Source of the DNA: Mytilus edulis
Lineage: Eukaryota
Assembly (NCBI RefSeq): GCF_963676685.1
Contig: NC_092353.1
Coordinates: 26,619,690-26,683,689 of the forward strand
DNA: 64,000 nt
Direction of reading: 5' to 3'
In this document: positions 23,019 to 36,078 of the stretch, one piece after another
Layout: each line of letters starts with the position of its first letter
Position numbering within the stretch: position 1 is the first letter of the stretch
Position numbers and translations under genes: made by a program
The notes under the pieces: model-generated
Seen by the model: the letters and a program-made list of their open reading frames with translations, nothing else
Databases searched by the model: none
Told to the model about the DNA's origin: nothing

Positions 23019-23905
23019 GTATGTATTGTGTAGTCAATAATCCTGTCAGGTATGTATTGTGTAGTCCATAACCCTGTCAGGTATGTATTGTGTAGTCCAT
23101 AACCCTGTCATGTATGTATTGTGTAGTCCATAACCCTGTCAGGTATGTATTGTGTAGTCCATTATCCTGTCAGGTATATATTGTGTAGTCCATAACCCTG
23201 TCAGGTATATATTGTGTAGTCCATAACCCTGTCAGGTATATATTGTGTAGTCCATAATCCTGTCAGGTATGTATTGTGTAGTCCATTACCCTGTCATGTA
23301 TGTATTGTGTAGTCCATAACCCTGTCAGGTATGTATTGTGTAGTCCATTATCCTGTCAGGTATATATTGTGTAGTCCATAACCCTGTCAGGTATATATTG
23401 TGTAGTCCATAACCCTGTCAGGTATATATTGTGTAGTCCATAATCCTGTCAGGTATGTATTGTGTAGTCCATTACCCTGTCAGGTATGTATTGTGTAGTC
23501 CATAACCCTGTCAGGTATGTATTGTGTAGTCCATAACCCTGTCAGGTATGTTTTGTGTAGCACTGTGTTGTGTAGTCCATAACCCTGTCAGGTATGTTTT
23601 GTGTAGCACTGTGTTGTGTAGTCCATAACCCTGTCAGGTATGTATTGTGTAGTCCATTATCCTGTCAGGTATGTATTGTGTAGTCCATAACCCTGTCAGG
23701 TATATATTGTGTAGTCCATAATCCTGTTAGGTATGTATTGTGTAGTCCATTACCCTGTCAGGTATGTATTGTGTAGTCCATAACCCTGACAGGTATGTAT
23801 TGTGTAGTCCATAACCCTGTCAGGTATGTATTGTGTAGCACTGTGTTGTGTAGTCCATAACCCTGTCAGGTATGTATTGTGAAGTCCATAACCCTGTCAG
23901 GTATA
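23000..23905 (+). repeat. 31-bp minisatellite, ~29 copies, derived from the last 27 nt of MVP exon 2 plus its GT donor
   Basis: The unit 'gtatgtattgtgtagtccataaccctgtcag' starts inside exon 2 and every unit carries 'cctgtcag|gtatgt'. There are variant units with 'gtttt' or 'cactgtgttg' inserts. Confidence 0.9.
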
Positions 23906-24221
23906 TATTGTTTAGTCTTAAACATTCTTGTTCCAGATTGTGCTAAGACAAGTGAAATTTATGTGGCTAATGTATTGACGAGATTGTCTACATGATTTAT
24001 TTCACTAGTTATATATATATCTGTTTTAAGCTCCCACTGCATCAATTGGCGATTTGATGGTCGCAAATTAAGTTTACTGGCAAAGTGTTAGCAACTGGGG
24101 ATAATAACTCTAAATCTCTCTCACCAATTTTCATAAAATGTTGGTGAATTGTTTATATCTATTGACATAACGTTGCTGTTATGCAAAAGTCTTGTATCTC
24201 AATTTTTTGCGGAAATCTTTT

Positions 24222-24585
24222 TATCGATTAATTAGAATTAAATATGTATCTTCCACTGTATGCGAAAATATCTGATCTTCTAACCAATCATTAACCCGAA
24301 TTCTGACATGTGACGAAAAAGTGTAGTCGGATTGGTGAGACATTTTGTTGTGCAAAAATATCGTATCTCAAAAGAAAAACACATGGCACGGCAGCTGACA
24401 TTATAACAGGTACAGTTTTATCAATTTTAGGTTCTAATATAGCTTAGAAATAATGAAAAGCTTTGAAAAAACAATATAGGTGCAGAAATTTTTGCTCGTC
24501 TTGGTAATTGATTGGTTAGAAGGTATATTTTTGCATACAGTGGAACATACATATTTAATTCTAAATAATCGATAAAAAGATTTCA
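24222..24585. mobile_element. MITE-like non-autonomous element with ~75-bp terminal inverted repeats
   Basis: 24222-24300 'ctttttatcgattaattagaattaaatatgtatcttccactgtatgcgaaaatatctgatcttctaaccaatcattaacc' is the reverse complement of 24508-24585. Confidence 0.65.
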
Positions 24586-24890
24586 GTTTTTATGCCCCAC
24601 CTACTATAGTAGAAGGGCATTATGTTTTCTGGTCTGTGTGTCCATTCGTCCGTCCGTTCGTTCGTCCGCCTGTCCCGCTTCAGGTTAAAGTTTTTGGTCG
24701 AGGTAGTTTTTGATGAAGTTGAAGTCCAATCGACTTCAAACTTGGTACACATGTTCCCTATGATATGATCTTTCTAATTTTAATGCCAAATTAGAGATTT
24801 TACCCCAATTTCACGGTCCACTGAACATAGAAAATGATAGTGCAAGTGGGGCATTCGTGTACTGAGGACACATTCTTGTTACTGCCTGTT
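24586..24890 (+). repeat. SINE-like repeat ('ttttatgccccacctactatagtagaagggcattatgttttctggtctgt...ccccaatttcacggtccactgaacatagaaaatgatagtgcaagtgggg')
   Basis: Homologous copies at 41160-41440 and 41625-42240; the latter has an internal ~125-bp x3 tandem. Confidence 0.7.
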
Positions 24891-25437
24891 GTAAAATTAT
24901 CAAAACCTTAGATACAAGGTTTTTGCATAACAGCAACGATAAGCTTCTTTTGATTTTTATAAAATTATAGATTTTATGTTTATAATTTTTTGATTTTCCA
25001 AAATTTTAGATTTTATGTTTCTAAGTTATGGATTTTATTTATAAAAAAATGGGGGGTTTTATATCACCGTACAGCCTTCAACTACATGTATAAGCAAAGC
25101 TCATACAGGATAGTCAGCAAATTCATTTAAAGTATAGAAACAAGCTGAAAAGGCGACAGGGGTGTCATGGGCTTATGCCTTTGCTCTTTGTCTTATAGGT
25201 AATTATTTATCGTGCTATGTATTAATCCTTTTGGTCCAAAGACTAATGTAATGAAATATTTTTTCTATAAATTTATTTTTGACATCAATTGCCATTGCTT
25301 AGACATGATGAAAACAAAACTGAAAGTTTATCATTATGGAAACAGTTCAATCAATCTTCTTTAATCTGGTTTAACGTATTGTATAAAGTTTGTGTTGAAT
25401 GTCTTCTTTAATTTACAAATTTTGATGTTTATTTCAG

Positions 25438-25501
25438 CAATTATGTTCCTGGTCAGGCATGTGAAATTAGATTTGGAGAGAAAGATATCCATTTCCATGA
25501 G
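25438..25501 (+). CDS. MVP: MVP exon 3
   Basis: Acceptor 'tttcag|', donor '|gtaaga'. (S)NYVPGQACEIRFGEKDIHFHE corresponds to human ...TGQVRLRHADLEIRLAQ. It is about 9 aa shorter than vertebrate, so a small missed exon in 23019-25437 cannot be excluded. Confidence 0.7.
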
Positions 25502-26271
25502 GTAAGATCTCTACCGGCACATGGAAATACTTGAATTTCATTAGTTCATAGCATTGTAATTATATTATTTGTAATAAAACAAAACAAAATATATTAATGT
25601 CAAAATAGATGGTCTGTATTCTGAGTATCATTAAATATTCATATTGATAAAAAGTAGGTCCAAAGTTTTTCCTCTCTCCGTCAAAATTTGTTGCACAACG
25701 CCATATGATAGGATTTCAGAACAGTGGTGCTGGCATCAGTTATTTGCATAAAACCTGATATTTTAGAAGATAGAATAACTGTTCACATACTGCATATACG
25801 ATTGAATACAGATTGCTTATAGTTTCAAATTCTCTGCATATGTTATGTTAATTTTCCTTTACCTCATTTTCATGGTTTAGTGTGTGACTGCACTAAAAAC
25901 ATTTTTTTTACTTTTCATTTTTTTTCATTTCTTGATTAGTTCAGCTCTGATAAGTAATAATTATATTTGGTTTATAGACAGATTAAATGTCCATCAAATA
26001 GGGTCTATCTTTCAAGATTCAATGATCATTGTTAAGGATTGGTGATAGGACAGTTTCTCTTATATTATAAGCAATAGGAAAAACACATTTGGTATATGAA
26101 TATAGAATTTTTGTAAGGGGTTTATGTCCATCTAACAAGGTTCCTCTGCCCATAAAAATTAACTTCACATTCAGGTTCCATTTATCATGTTAATCGAAAT
26201 TTACAATTCTGCCCATACGCACATGAAATAAATGTTAGAACCATTATTAAAACCTCACTTTCATTTTATAG

Positions 26272-26499
26272 GACCCTTTTCCATTATATCCTGGTGAAGT
26301 TCTAGAGGGCGCCTCTGACTTCCTAACTGGTGGTTTGCCAGATTATAAGAAAGCCATTAAGAAGTTACCAGTTGTACCTGATAATCATGGTATCAAATTG
26401 AAGGCCCTGTTGGATTGTGAAGATGAGAATGGCAAGCATCAGGCAGGAGAAGAATGGCAGTTAAATGGTCCACGTACATATATACCTAGACCTGAAGTG
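26272..26499 (+). CDS. MVP: MVP exon 4
   Basis: [76 protein letters not shown] resembles human [14 protein letters not shown]...[37 protein letters not shown]. Confidence 0.9.
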
Positions 26500-27262
26500 G
26501 TATGTGAAAGGAATAGTAATTTTGTATCATTTATGTGGCAAACTTAATAATTAGAAGAAAGAACAATTTAAATATTGAATTATATGAATAATAATAAATA
26601 TTTATAAGATGAATTAATTTAGAAATAACAACTACTGTTCTACAGGCTCTTGACTTGAAACTTGAGTCACTTAAAGAATAAGGTGGGGTTTTACCTGTTG
26701 TGAGTGTTCAGCCCTCCCTAACCTAGGTCAGTGGTGTAATTTTAAAAACACAACGTAAGAACTAACTAAAAAATCAATTGCAATTGACAATTATAAAAAT
26801 AATGAGATGTGGTATGATTGCCAATGAGACAACTATCCACCTATGTTCAAATGAAATGGATTTTAGCAATTATAAACAACCTTACCCTTAAAATCAACTG
26901 CCTTCAAAAATGAAAAAAAAACATTACTGTATAGTCTGCTATAAAAGGCCCTGATATGCAAAATATAAAATAATTCAATTGACAAAAGTAATGGCCTAAT
27001 TTACAACAAAACAATTTACGGAAAAAAAATATGACGGAAATGAACCAATGACAACCACTCAACTACAGGTTCTTGACTAAGGACAGGCACATGAAGAATG
27101 TGGCATGGTTAAACATGTTTGTGAGTGCTCATCCCTCCCCTAACCTAGGACAGTGGTGTTACAGCAAAACATAAGAACAAACTATTAAAAAAGGTCATTC
27201 TTTGAGATATTTTCTCATGTATCAATAGTTTTTGGGTATCATGCTATTAATTTATTTTTCAG

Positions 27263-27354
27263 GAAGTGCAAGGAATTGTAAATCCAACAGTTCTTAAAGA
27301 AGGTGAAGCTTTAAGACTGAGAGCTAAACAAGGATTTATGGATAGATATGACAA
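27263..27354 (+). CDS. MVP: MVP exon 5
   Basis: EVQGIVNPTVLKEGEALRLRAKQGFMDRYD resembles human [30 protein letters not shown]. Acceptor 'ttttcag|', donor 'aa|gtaagt'. Confidence 0.85.
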
Positions 27355-27888
27355 GTAAGTTAACAAGTCATGTTCTCTATTGGAGCATATTTCTTAACAA
27401 ATTCTGAGTTTTTATATAAAAAGAGAGAATGTTTTAAATTTTCTTAAATGTTTTTTTTCCTAAAACTTTATAACCAAAAAAATTTGAAAGAATTATTTAT
27501 TTTAAAATATCGGATACACAATGCTGTGAGGATATAAAAGCTTAAACTTATAGACTGAATAAATGATTGTGTCCTTTCATGGGTTTCTGGTTAATGTCGG
27601 GTTCTGAGATACATTGAAAGATATACAGAGAGAAATAGTGCTATCAACTTTTTTAGGCGAACACATATCAAATATTTCTAGAATAATATAAAAAATAAAC
27701 AACAATTTTGTCATAAGGGAGATAAACGGCAAGATTTTGTTTTTGACAAGATATGGCCTCTAACAAAGAAGATATGTACTTTGGGGATACACGTTTGAGA
27801 GTATCCCTAACGATAAAAGCTTTGAAGTTCCTGGTACATTGTGTATTTGGTATATAAAATCCTGATGTTTTTGTTAATTTTGTTACAG

Positions 27889-27958
27889 TGAAAGGGTGAC
27901 AGACGAGCAATGGTTCATCTGTGAACAAGGATCATATTTACCTGATGTATATGAAGAG
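27889..27958 (+). CDS. MVP: MVP exon 6
   Basis: (N)ERVTDEQWFICEQGSYLPDVYEE resembles human [24 protein letters not shown]. Confidence 0.85.
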
Positions 27959-28574
27959 GTTTGTAATATGAATCCAAGCATGTGATTATAATGTTTAGTT
28001 TAAACATATTTTATTTACTCAAAGTAAAATGATTTGGACACAAGTAAGCCATACTTATGAAGTCCGCTCTGAATAACAATAATTTACAATAAAATATTAA
28101 TATGAGCATGCAATATCAAAATAAACCATACTTTACGAGTTTAACAATTGAGAAAAAAAAATGAAACAGAAATAAATGTAAACATTGGAAATGATGATGA
28201 TGATGATAATGATGACATGAATGTATCGTAAATACACTTTTTCTACATACAATATCAAGAAATCTCTCAGACCTTTTGATAAATTTGAATACGTGTTTGA
28301 ATATATTCACATTTGTTCATACAAGATTATAATGTAAAAAATTATGAATTGCAAATTTGATTTTCTTAAAGGAAAAATATTATTAATATGGACTTTTATG
28401 TTGATACTGGTTTAAACTTCGTAGATCTTTCTGTATATTAAGTCATTTATTTCTGCATAACAGAAAATCATTAATTATGGAGCATAACTCATATTATGTT
28501 TATGCAAAATAGTTAATCATTTCAGGGTTGACTGAACAAATACTTATGTCAGTTTCTTATATAAAATGTTTTAG

Positions 28575-28669
28575 GTTGTGGAATTGTTGAAAAAGATAAC
28601 TCTGACTCCAGAAATTGGTTTGAATTTGAGAGCAACACAAACTGTCAAAGACCGATATGGTGTTACAAG
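28575..28669 (+). CDS. MVP: MVP exon 7
   Basis: VVELLKKITLTPEIGLNLRATQTVKDRYGVT resembles human [31 protein letters not shown]. Confidence 0.85.
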
Positions 28670-29225
28670 GTATGAATTTATATCAAACACGGTTCTTTAA
28701 GAATATAAATGGCACCTTTTAAATCTGTAAAAACTTTATTTACTCATTTCAATAAATATTAATTTGTTTGTTTTTACATAGTCCAAGAAACCAGGTAATC
28801 TGGAGAAAAATATTTGTATAGCATGATTTTGATTGTTGTTATGTTTTACATATAAAAAAGAAGATGTGGTATGATTGCCAATGAGACAACTGTACACAAG
28901 AGACCAAAATGACACAAAAATTAACAACTACAGGTCACAGTATGGCCTTCAACAATGAGCAAAGCCCATACTGCATAGTCAGATATAAAAGGCCCCGAAA
29001 TGACAATGTAAAACAATTCAATGACAAAACTAACGGCCTTATTTGTGTATATTTGTATATAGATATAAGATGTGGTATGAGTGCCATAAGACAATTCTCC
29101 ATCTAAGTCACAATTTATAAAGGTGAACTCATTATAGGTTTAAGTATGGTACCTGATTTATAATATAATATGCAAATAAAAATCTTTGTATTATTTCTGT
29201 ATTTTGATAAATATGTATTTTCCAG

Positions 29226-29292
29226 ACTTGCTGGTGAAGAATGGTTGTTGACCAGTGAAACAACTGATGAATATTACCCTGAAATTGGTGTG
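29226..29292 (+). CDS. MVP: MVP exon 8
   Basis: (R)LAGEEWLLTSETTDEYYPEIGV resembles human [25 protein letters not shown]. Confidence 0.85.
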
Positions 29293-29877
29293 GTAAGATA
29301 ATAAGTCTGTTTATCATAATATTATTGATCTATGTCCTGCACTATTTTGACTATAAATACTAGATATTTTCATAAGATTTAATTCAAATTATAGTATTAC
29401 CATATACATGTATTATGCTTTTTGCTGGAAATTAAATATTTTCTGGACTTTCTGTACTGGCTTAATCGGTTTGTTGGAATTTTGGTATATATACAAATCA
29501 TAATAAGTTACAGAGACTTTGAGTTTGTCCTGAATAAGAAATATCAGAAGAAATTGTGGCCTTTGGACATAGATAATTGCTTAACATTTTGTGTTTTCAC
29601 CCTTTATCTGAAAAAGCTATAATCAAATGATTCAATATATGGAATACTTAATGAAATCACAAAATATAATGTTATTTGCTTCTTTCAGTTTAGTAAAAAA
29701 ATCAGCTTTTATAAAACAGAGGCAAAAGAATAAATAGCTGTATACATTTTGGTATCTAAGTACCTTGCAATACGAAATTTGAAATAAGTAAATATTAACA
29801 ATTTGTAATTTCACATGATATTTCCAACTTATGAAGTTGTCTAATGGGAAATGCAACTTATGATTTCATTTAAACAG

Positions 29878-30019
29878 GAAGTTGCATCGAAGGCAAAGAA
29901 ATTGGTTTTAACTAAAGGACAATATTGTGTGGTAGAGAATCCATTAGATAAGTCAGGGAGACCACAGCTAGGAAAACTTGAACTCAGAATTGGTTGTTCC
30001 AGCTTTTTCTTACATCCAG
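29878..30019 (+). CDS. MVP: MVP exon 9
   Basis: EVASKAKKLVLTKGQYCVVENPLDKSGRPQLGKLELRIGCSSFFLHP resembles human [45 protein letters not shown]. Confidence 0.85.
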
Positions 30020-30502
30020 GTAAGGTTTAACAAGGTTGACTTTATGAAATGGTTGCTCCAGCTTTTTAAATCAATGAAACCCCTTGGTATGTAGAAAAGA
30101 GTGTTCAGCATTTTTGCACACCAAAGGAAGTCACATGGGAAATTAGAGCTACAGAAATGAATGTATTAAACCAAATATGTGAAAAATATTTAATTTTATT
30201 ACATAGCAAATTAAAAATTAGTCTTTTGGTTATATAAATTGTAGAGATATTTATTTCATAAAATAATTTTCAGTTATGAAAAACCAAGGCATTAAAATGT
30301 TTTTTAACCAGTACAACATAATGTGTTTTGCTTATATTTTAACTATTGCCTATGTCTAAGCAAAAACAGAAACTGATGAAAAGTAGTGGCTTAACATGAC
30401 GTATGAATGCATGCAGTGTTACAAAATTAGCCTGATCTTTTTTATGTGCTGATTTATATTCAGATTTACAGTGGGGTAATTTTCTTGTTTCTTGCTTTAC
30501 AG

Positions 30503-30607
30503 GAGAAGCATTACAGGGAGGAAATGTTAAGTCATCCTATGTCTTATCTGACCAACAAGCAATTGTGCTTCAAGCTGTCAACCAGTTCAAAGACACAATG
30601 TTCAAAG
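30503..30607 (+). CDS. MVP: MVP exon 10
   Basis: (G)EALQGGNVKSSYVLSDQQAIVLQAVNQFKDTMFK resembles human [31 protein letters not shown]. Confidence 0.8.
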
Positions 30608-31157
30608 GTTAGTCCCTAGTGTGGTGATCAGCTGATATACAAAATATACAGAAAACCTTGAATAAAAAGGATACCTTCTTGAACTTTATAATGAATTTAT
30701 GGCTAACTCATCTGTCAAAATACTGCATTTCTATACAATTGAATTCCTGAATGACATACAGTCTCAGTGTTAGAATGGTATAAGTAGTTTATCTACACAG
30801 ATCATTTGCTTCTTGACTCATGAGTTTGAACCTTGCTCATGTCAAGATGATAAACTGTTTTAGCCATTACTATGGTGATACCACAAAAGTTACTTGATAA
30901 GCACAGTGACACTTAACTGAATAAGGTTATTAGTTTCCTGCCAAATGTATGTGGTTCTCTCAGGGTACCCAAACTTCCTCCATCAATGCAAAAATGGCAG
31001 CCATGAAATAGCACAATAGTGTTAAAATTGACTTTATACACCAACAATCAATCAGAATGACAAAATAATTTTAATTGGTAAAAAGACTTTGATTAGCTGC
31101 AAAAAAAGTATTGTAAGCTTAATAGTTGCAGATTATTATCTTTAATATTTACTACAG

Positions 31158-31245
31158 GACAGAATCGATTACCAGGTGACACATGGATGATCAGAGGACC
31201 TATAGATTATATCCCTCCAGTAGAAGTACAAGTTGTAAAACAGAG
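31158..31245 (+). CDS. MVP: MVP exon 11
   Basis: (G)[28 protein letters not shown] resembles human [27 protein letters not shown]. Confidence 0.85.
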
Positions 31246-31539
31246 GTAGGGGCTATGTAGTTTGAGTTAAACAATGTTCATGTATAGACATCATGTTTAC
31301 GGTTGCTTGAAAACTCATGCAAAGACTTCATATTATACTGTTGTAAACAATCAATAAAATGAGATTACAGGACATCTTGAAGTGTGAGAGCAGATGAAAT
31401 TTTTAAAAAAATATCTTGATTCAAGAAACTTTCAGAGTCTTTTGATCACATTTAATTTCTAAAGAGAAACAACTTAAAATTGCTACAGTAGCAAATAAAA
31501 TGACTTTTTATGAGATAAATGTTTTCTACAAATTTAGAC

Positions 31540-31960
31540 AATTTGTACAATAGACAACTTTCGAGTTCGATGCATTTCCATCAAAAACTTTGGTTTTAGT
31601 GAACATCATTCTTGCGTCTAGGGGCCTCGTCACTTCCATTCCTATGTTGAGCGAGTTGTTGGAAAACTATAATGCTATATTATACGAACTATTTAGAAAA
31701 TTGAATTCTCATAATTGACAATTAGCCCTGCTGTCATTATGGAATTGTGATTAAGTATCCACAGAACAAACATTATTTCTAGTTTATTCTGCACAATGGT
31801 GATCACTTAGATGCTTGAAGAACGTTTATAGTGCAGGAATACAGGCGATCTCCTGTATCTGGTAAATGACATCATAAAGGGGCACATAATTCACAAGTTT
31901 TTTCCTGTGACAGACAAACTCGAAAGTGGTCTTTTGTACAAAGAGTTTTAAGATCATGGT
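31540..31960 (+). repeat. ~400-bp interspersed repeat, second copy at 46870-47270
   Basis: 'caatagacaactttcgagttcgatgcatttccatcaaaaactttggttttagtgaacatcattcttgcgtctaggggcctcgtcacttcc...' is collinear between the two loci. Confidence 0.75.
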
Positions 31961-32055
31961 GTTTCAACTGAACTTATTAATGTAACTGTAACTAAAGGGA
32001 TGTTAATGGCACAAGTCGAAATCTCTCTGATTTTATTATGTTTTGCCCTTTTCAG

Positions 32056-32116
32056 GGATCAGATACCATTAAGTAAAAATGAAGGAATTTATATACAAAA
32101 CAAAAAGACAGGAAAG
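32056..32116 (+). CDS. MVP: MVP exon 12
   Basis: (R)DQIPLSKNEGIYIQNKKTGK resembles human [20 protein letters not shown]. Confidence 0.9.
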
Positions 32117-32748
32117 GTATGTGGATGTTTTTAGGTGTTATTGTTGGATTGCTATTTCATTGATGTTTACCAATTCAATTCAATGTTTTATTATTATAAG
32201 ATTAAACAATATACCCTAGAGGTTATTGATGTTAGGACTGGACTCAAGCACTCATAAACTGAATTAAAAACAAATACCGGTATTTATATTTTGATTTATA
32301 TATTCTTTAAACAAAATTTACCTACTTCGGAACCAGTTACATGTATTTAATCTGTACAATTCCAGTTCTTAACAATTTTATGTTGTCCTCTGTCCTCTTT
32401 TTTCTTTGTTTTATTTTGCTCTATATTTAACAGCTTGCACCACTGACTTCGAAATGTATATGATAAGTAGGGACATAACCCACGTCTTTCATTAAATATA
32501 CAAGGAAGATTTTAAAGCCCACAACTAAATAGCATTACCTAAAACGTCTTGTTAAGAAAATTGGATGCATCTTATATGATACTAATTCATTTTGAAAATT
32601 TGTTGATTCACTTATTTATGTCCTCACAGTCTCGTAAATAATGATTGTGGATAGATATTTAATTTCCTAGTTTTGATTAGGATGCAGTACTATTTCATAT
32701 ACTTGTTGATAATATTTCTAATCCATTTCTACTTATGTTTTCAATTAG

Positions 32749-32843
32749 GTTAGAGCAATTATGGGACCCAAGTCCTACATGTTGACAGCCCATGAAGAAT
32801 TGTGGGAAAAGAAATTAGATTCAAACATAGAAACTCTTCTGAA
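32749..32843 (+). CDS. MVP: MVP exon 13
   Basis: [31 protein letters not shown] resembles human [30 protein letters not shown]. Confidence 0.9.
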
Positions 32844-33159
32844 GTAAGTTGAAATGCCTTAAAATGGACAGTTTAAATATCCATATTTGAAAGATAAAGC
32901 ATCAGATGGAATTGAATTTGTTGTTAGACTTGCACATAACAAGTTGAATAACAAGCTTCAAGAACAAACAAAAAACAAGTTAAATAGATATTGCAAACCT
33001 TTGCATAAAATGACTTCACCACAACCTTTCTGGGTTTGCTTATGCGAAATATAGTCATAGCTCTATATTTTTTTTTTGTAAAAATTATATGAAATTATAT
33101 GTCTTTAGAAAGTTAGTGTAACTTATATTAACAATCACTTTTCATTTCCCTTTGTCCAG

Positions 33160-33238
33160 ACAAGGTGGTGGTGATGGGTCAGGAGATATTAGAAAGATTG
33201 CATATTTTGAACAGAGTATTGATCCTCAGATGCTGAAG
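33160..33238 (+). CDS. MVP: MVP exon 14
   Basis: (K)QGGGDGSGDIRKIAYFEQSIDPQMLK sits where human has NKGQDPLADRGEKD.... Splice sites 'gtccag|' and '|gtaagt' are in phase with its neighbours. Confidence 0.7.
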
Positions 33239-33735
33239 GTAAGTAGGAGATGTTGTAAATCATAATTTGTAATTTAAATCTTTGAAAAAGTCATCTTGGC
33301 TAGCCAGGGGTTACAATCCCCTCCTCCTCCTCTCCACCCTTGGTAGATTAAGCCATCGGTTAATAAAAGTTACACCCATTCCGAATACATTATTTTTGAC
33401 CAATAGTAGCACTTGAACTCTCTTCAAACGTGGAGATTTAAACACCGTAGCTTCTATAGAGTCTACTAACTTGATGAAGCAAGAAACGAAAATATAGGTT
33501 GACATTCTGACATTTGTGCAAGAAACATGCACAGGAACTTCTATTACTTGATTAAGAATATTTAAATGGTCATGAAATATCGTCGTATGTTCTGGGGGGT
33601 AAAGACTTATTGCACAATCAGAATGTGCCAATTGTTTACCATTAATAAAACATTAAAAAAAGAAAATTTACATTTATCTATGTTAGTATAATTTGAGCTA
33701 AAGTGAAGTATAATTTACATACTTTTATATTTTAG

Positions 33736-33792
33736 GGTCGAGATAAAACCAGAGTTATAACCTACAGATGTCCTGGAAATACAGCAGTACAG
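33736..33792 (+). CDS. MVP: MVP exon 15
   Basis: GRDKTRVITYRCPGNTAVQ resembles human NKTRVVSYRVPHNAAVQ. Confidence 0.85.
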
Positions 33793-34930
33793 GTAAATAC
33801 TAGTAAAGTGTGGCACAAATAAGCATTTTTTCCCCCCTCTCTCAGTTATAATTTAAAGTTTCACTATGTAGAGGTATGAATGCACATTTTATTGAAACCT
33901 TATTGTAGGATTTATCAAGTCCAATAAAGTTGACAGGAAGAAGGAGCTCTTTCTTTTATCCATGTTAAAGAAATATGGGTAAATGTAACCCCCATCTATT
34001 TTATTCTGCCTGTCCTTTATCTTGTTAATTGATTATTGAATACACTTAACAGTCTAAATTACGAGCATATTTTTATACAAAAAAGTGGGAGTATACTGGT
34101 TTGCCTCTGTCTGTCCATCCATCAATCCCTCAGTCGTCTTCCATCCCATGAATATTTTCTTCGCATCTTTCTTTGGTTTTTACAAGGATTTCTGAAATTT
34201 GGTTTCAGGGTTTATATGAATCAGCTATACCCTGTGATGCAATTTCAGATTCATCAGTCAACAACTTCCTGTTTACCTTATACTTTTAGTGGGGAGTGTT
34301 ATCATTAATAAGCAGTAGATTACAGGTTGCACTTTGTAAATACAGCTGTTTCTCAAAACACACCTCTTTTGGGGAGATCTTGAATATTCATAGAAAATTA
34401 ATTTTGTTTACATACTGATTCCCAGTTATGCTCTCTGTGTTTCATCTCACAGAGACATAACTTGGAAATGTTACCAGTAAATATACGTGTGCATATTGTT
34501 TACATTGAAATCTGTGGTAACCTTTCATTCGAGGTAAGGGTAGTTAAGAAAATTAGTGTTAGTTTAAACTCTGAGAAGTTCACATATATAAACGTTGAAA
34601 ATATGCTGTACAGCCCTATATTTTGACCTTTGAAAAAAATTGTGGTGCATATGAACTTTCAATTCTAGGATAAGATTTTTTTCAAAACTTCATCATAAAA
34701 GTGGTACAGTTTTAGCCGTAAAAGAAGTTCCTATGGGAAATTGCATTGTCAATATTTACAGAAATGCAACCTACAGATTCATTTATTTAGATTTGCAAAA
34801 GACTGCAAACAAGCAAGAAAATATGTACAGTTAGTTGAAAAATGTTCGTCATGTTGTAATGATGCTGAAGAATACACATTATAACAAAATAAAAAAGAAA
34901 ATTGTTTTAAGCTAAACATTTTTTTTGCAG

Positions 34931-35027
34931 GTTTACAACTATTTAGAAAAAACAGCCAGAGTAGTATTTGGACCAGATCTTGTCATCTTAGGACCACATG
35001 AAAACTTTAATGTTCTGAGTTTAAGTG
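34931..35027 (+). CDS. MVP: MVP exon 16
   Basis: [32 protein letters not shown] resembles human [32 protein letters not shown]. Confidence 0.9.
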
Positions 35028-36078
35028 GTAGGTCATATTATTGATATTGTGATTACAAATATGACTCAGGACTAGCATCATATGGGAAAACTCAAGAGTA
35101 AAAAATCAGTTTGAAAATGATTGTTAGACTTTTGTTGCAGAAGATTTTTAGTTAAAAAAAAAAGGAAATATTAATGACCCAAGAACATTTTGTTTCTATT
35201 TCATAAACATAGGTTATTTTGATACATGGATTTTTTTATGCTCAAAAAGAAACCAAAAATATACATCCAGGAAAAATTTAAATGGAATAACAGGTTCTTA
35301 TAGGTTTTTTGGGTAAAGATTGACTTAATATCTTCCAAAGTTTATCACTTACGTTTTGATACACAAAAAATAGTGCATTGATCATAACTTTCTATACTTC
35401 CACTCCAAGAACATTTCCAGAAATTTATCAATGTAACATATGCTTAGATATTTAAGTTACAAAACGTTGTTACACCTGTCAAAAAAAGTACATTACTTTT
35501 GCAAGGTGCAGGAATCTAATATCTGTTCTTAAATATAAATGATGTCATTGTTAAAGTCAGTTTAAAATTGGAGTTATCTCCCATTTTCCAGAATTTTAGT
35601 TGAATAAACTACAAACAATGCTTTATTGTCTATGCAGTATTTAATTTTACTTCCCTCTGATAAATGAATGCAATCTTTACCCTTCTGTGCTTACAAGCAC
35701 TTTGATTGTTTTATTATACCCCCGTTTTGAAAAAAAGGGGGGTATACTGTTTTACCTCTGTCTTTCCTTCCGTCAGTCCATCAGTTTACCGAACACTTGT
35801 ACTATTTTACACATGATAACCAAGTTGAAAATTTCCGTCACATTTTTCTCTGGAACTACAATACAAGGATTTCTGAAATTTGGTTTCAGGATTTATACAA
35901 GTCAGCTATACCGTGTGATGCGTTTTCAGATTCATCACTCAACAACTTCCTGTTTACCAAACACTTGCATATTTTTACACTATTAAAATTATCCACTTGC
36001 GGCGTGGGTATCATCAGTGAGCAGTAGCTCACAGTTTCACTTGTTGCTTTCTATGAAACTTGTTTTCTTTATTTTTAG

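Noticed and set aside
23000-23905. Regular direct repeats as a CRISPR array
   Set aside because: This is a eukaryotic gene context with no spacers (units are contiguous) and no cas genes. They are minisatellites.
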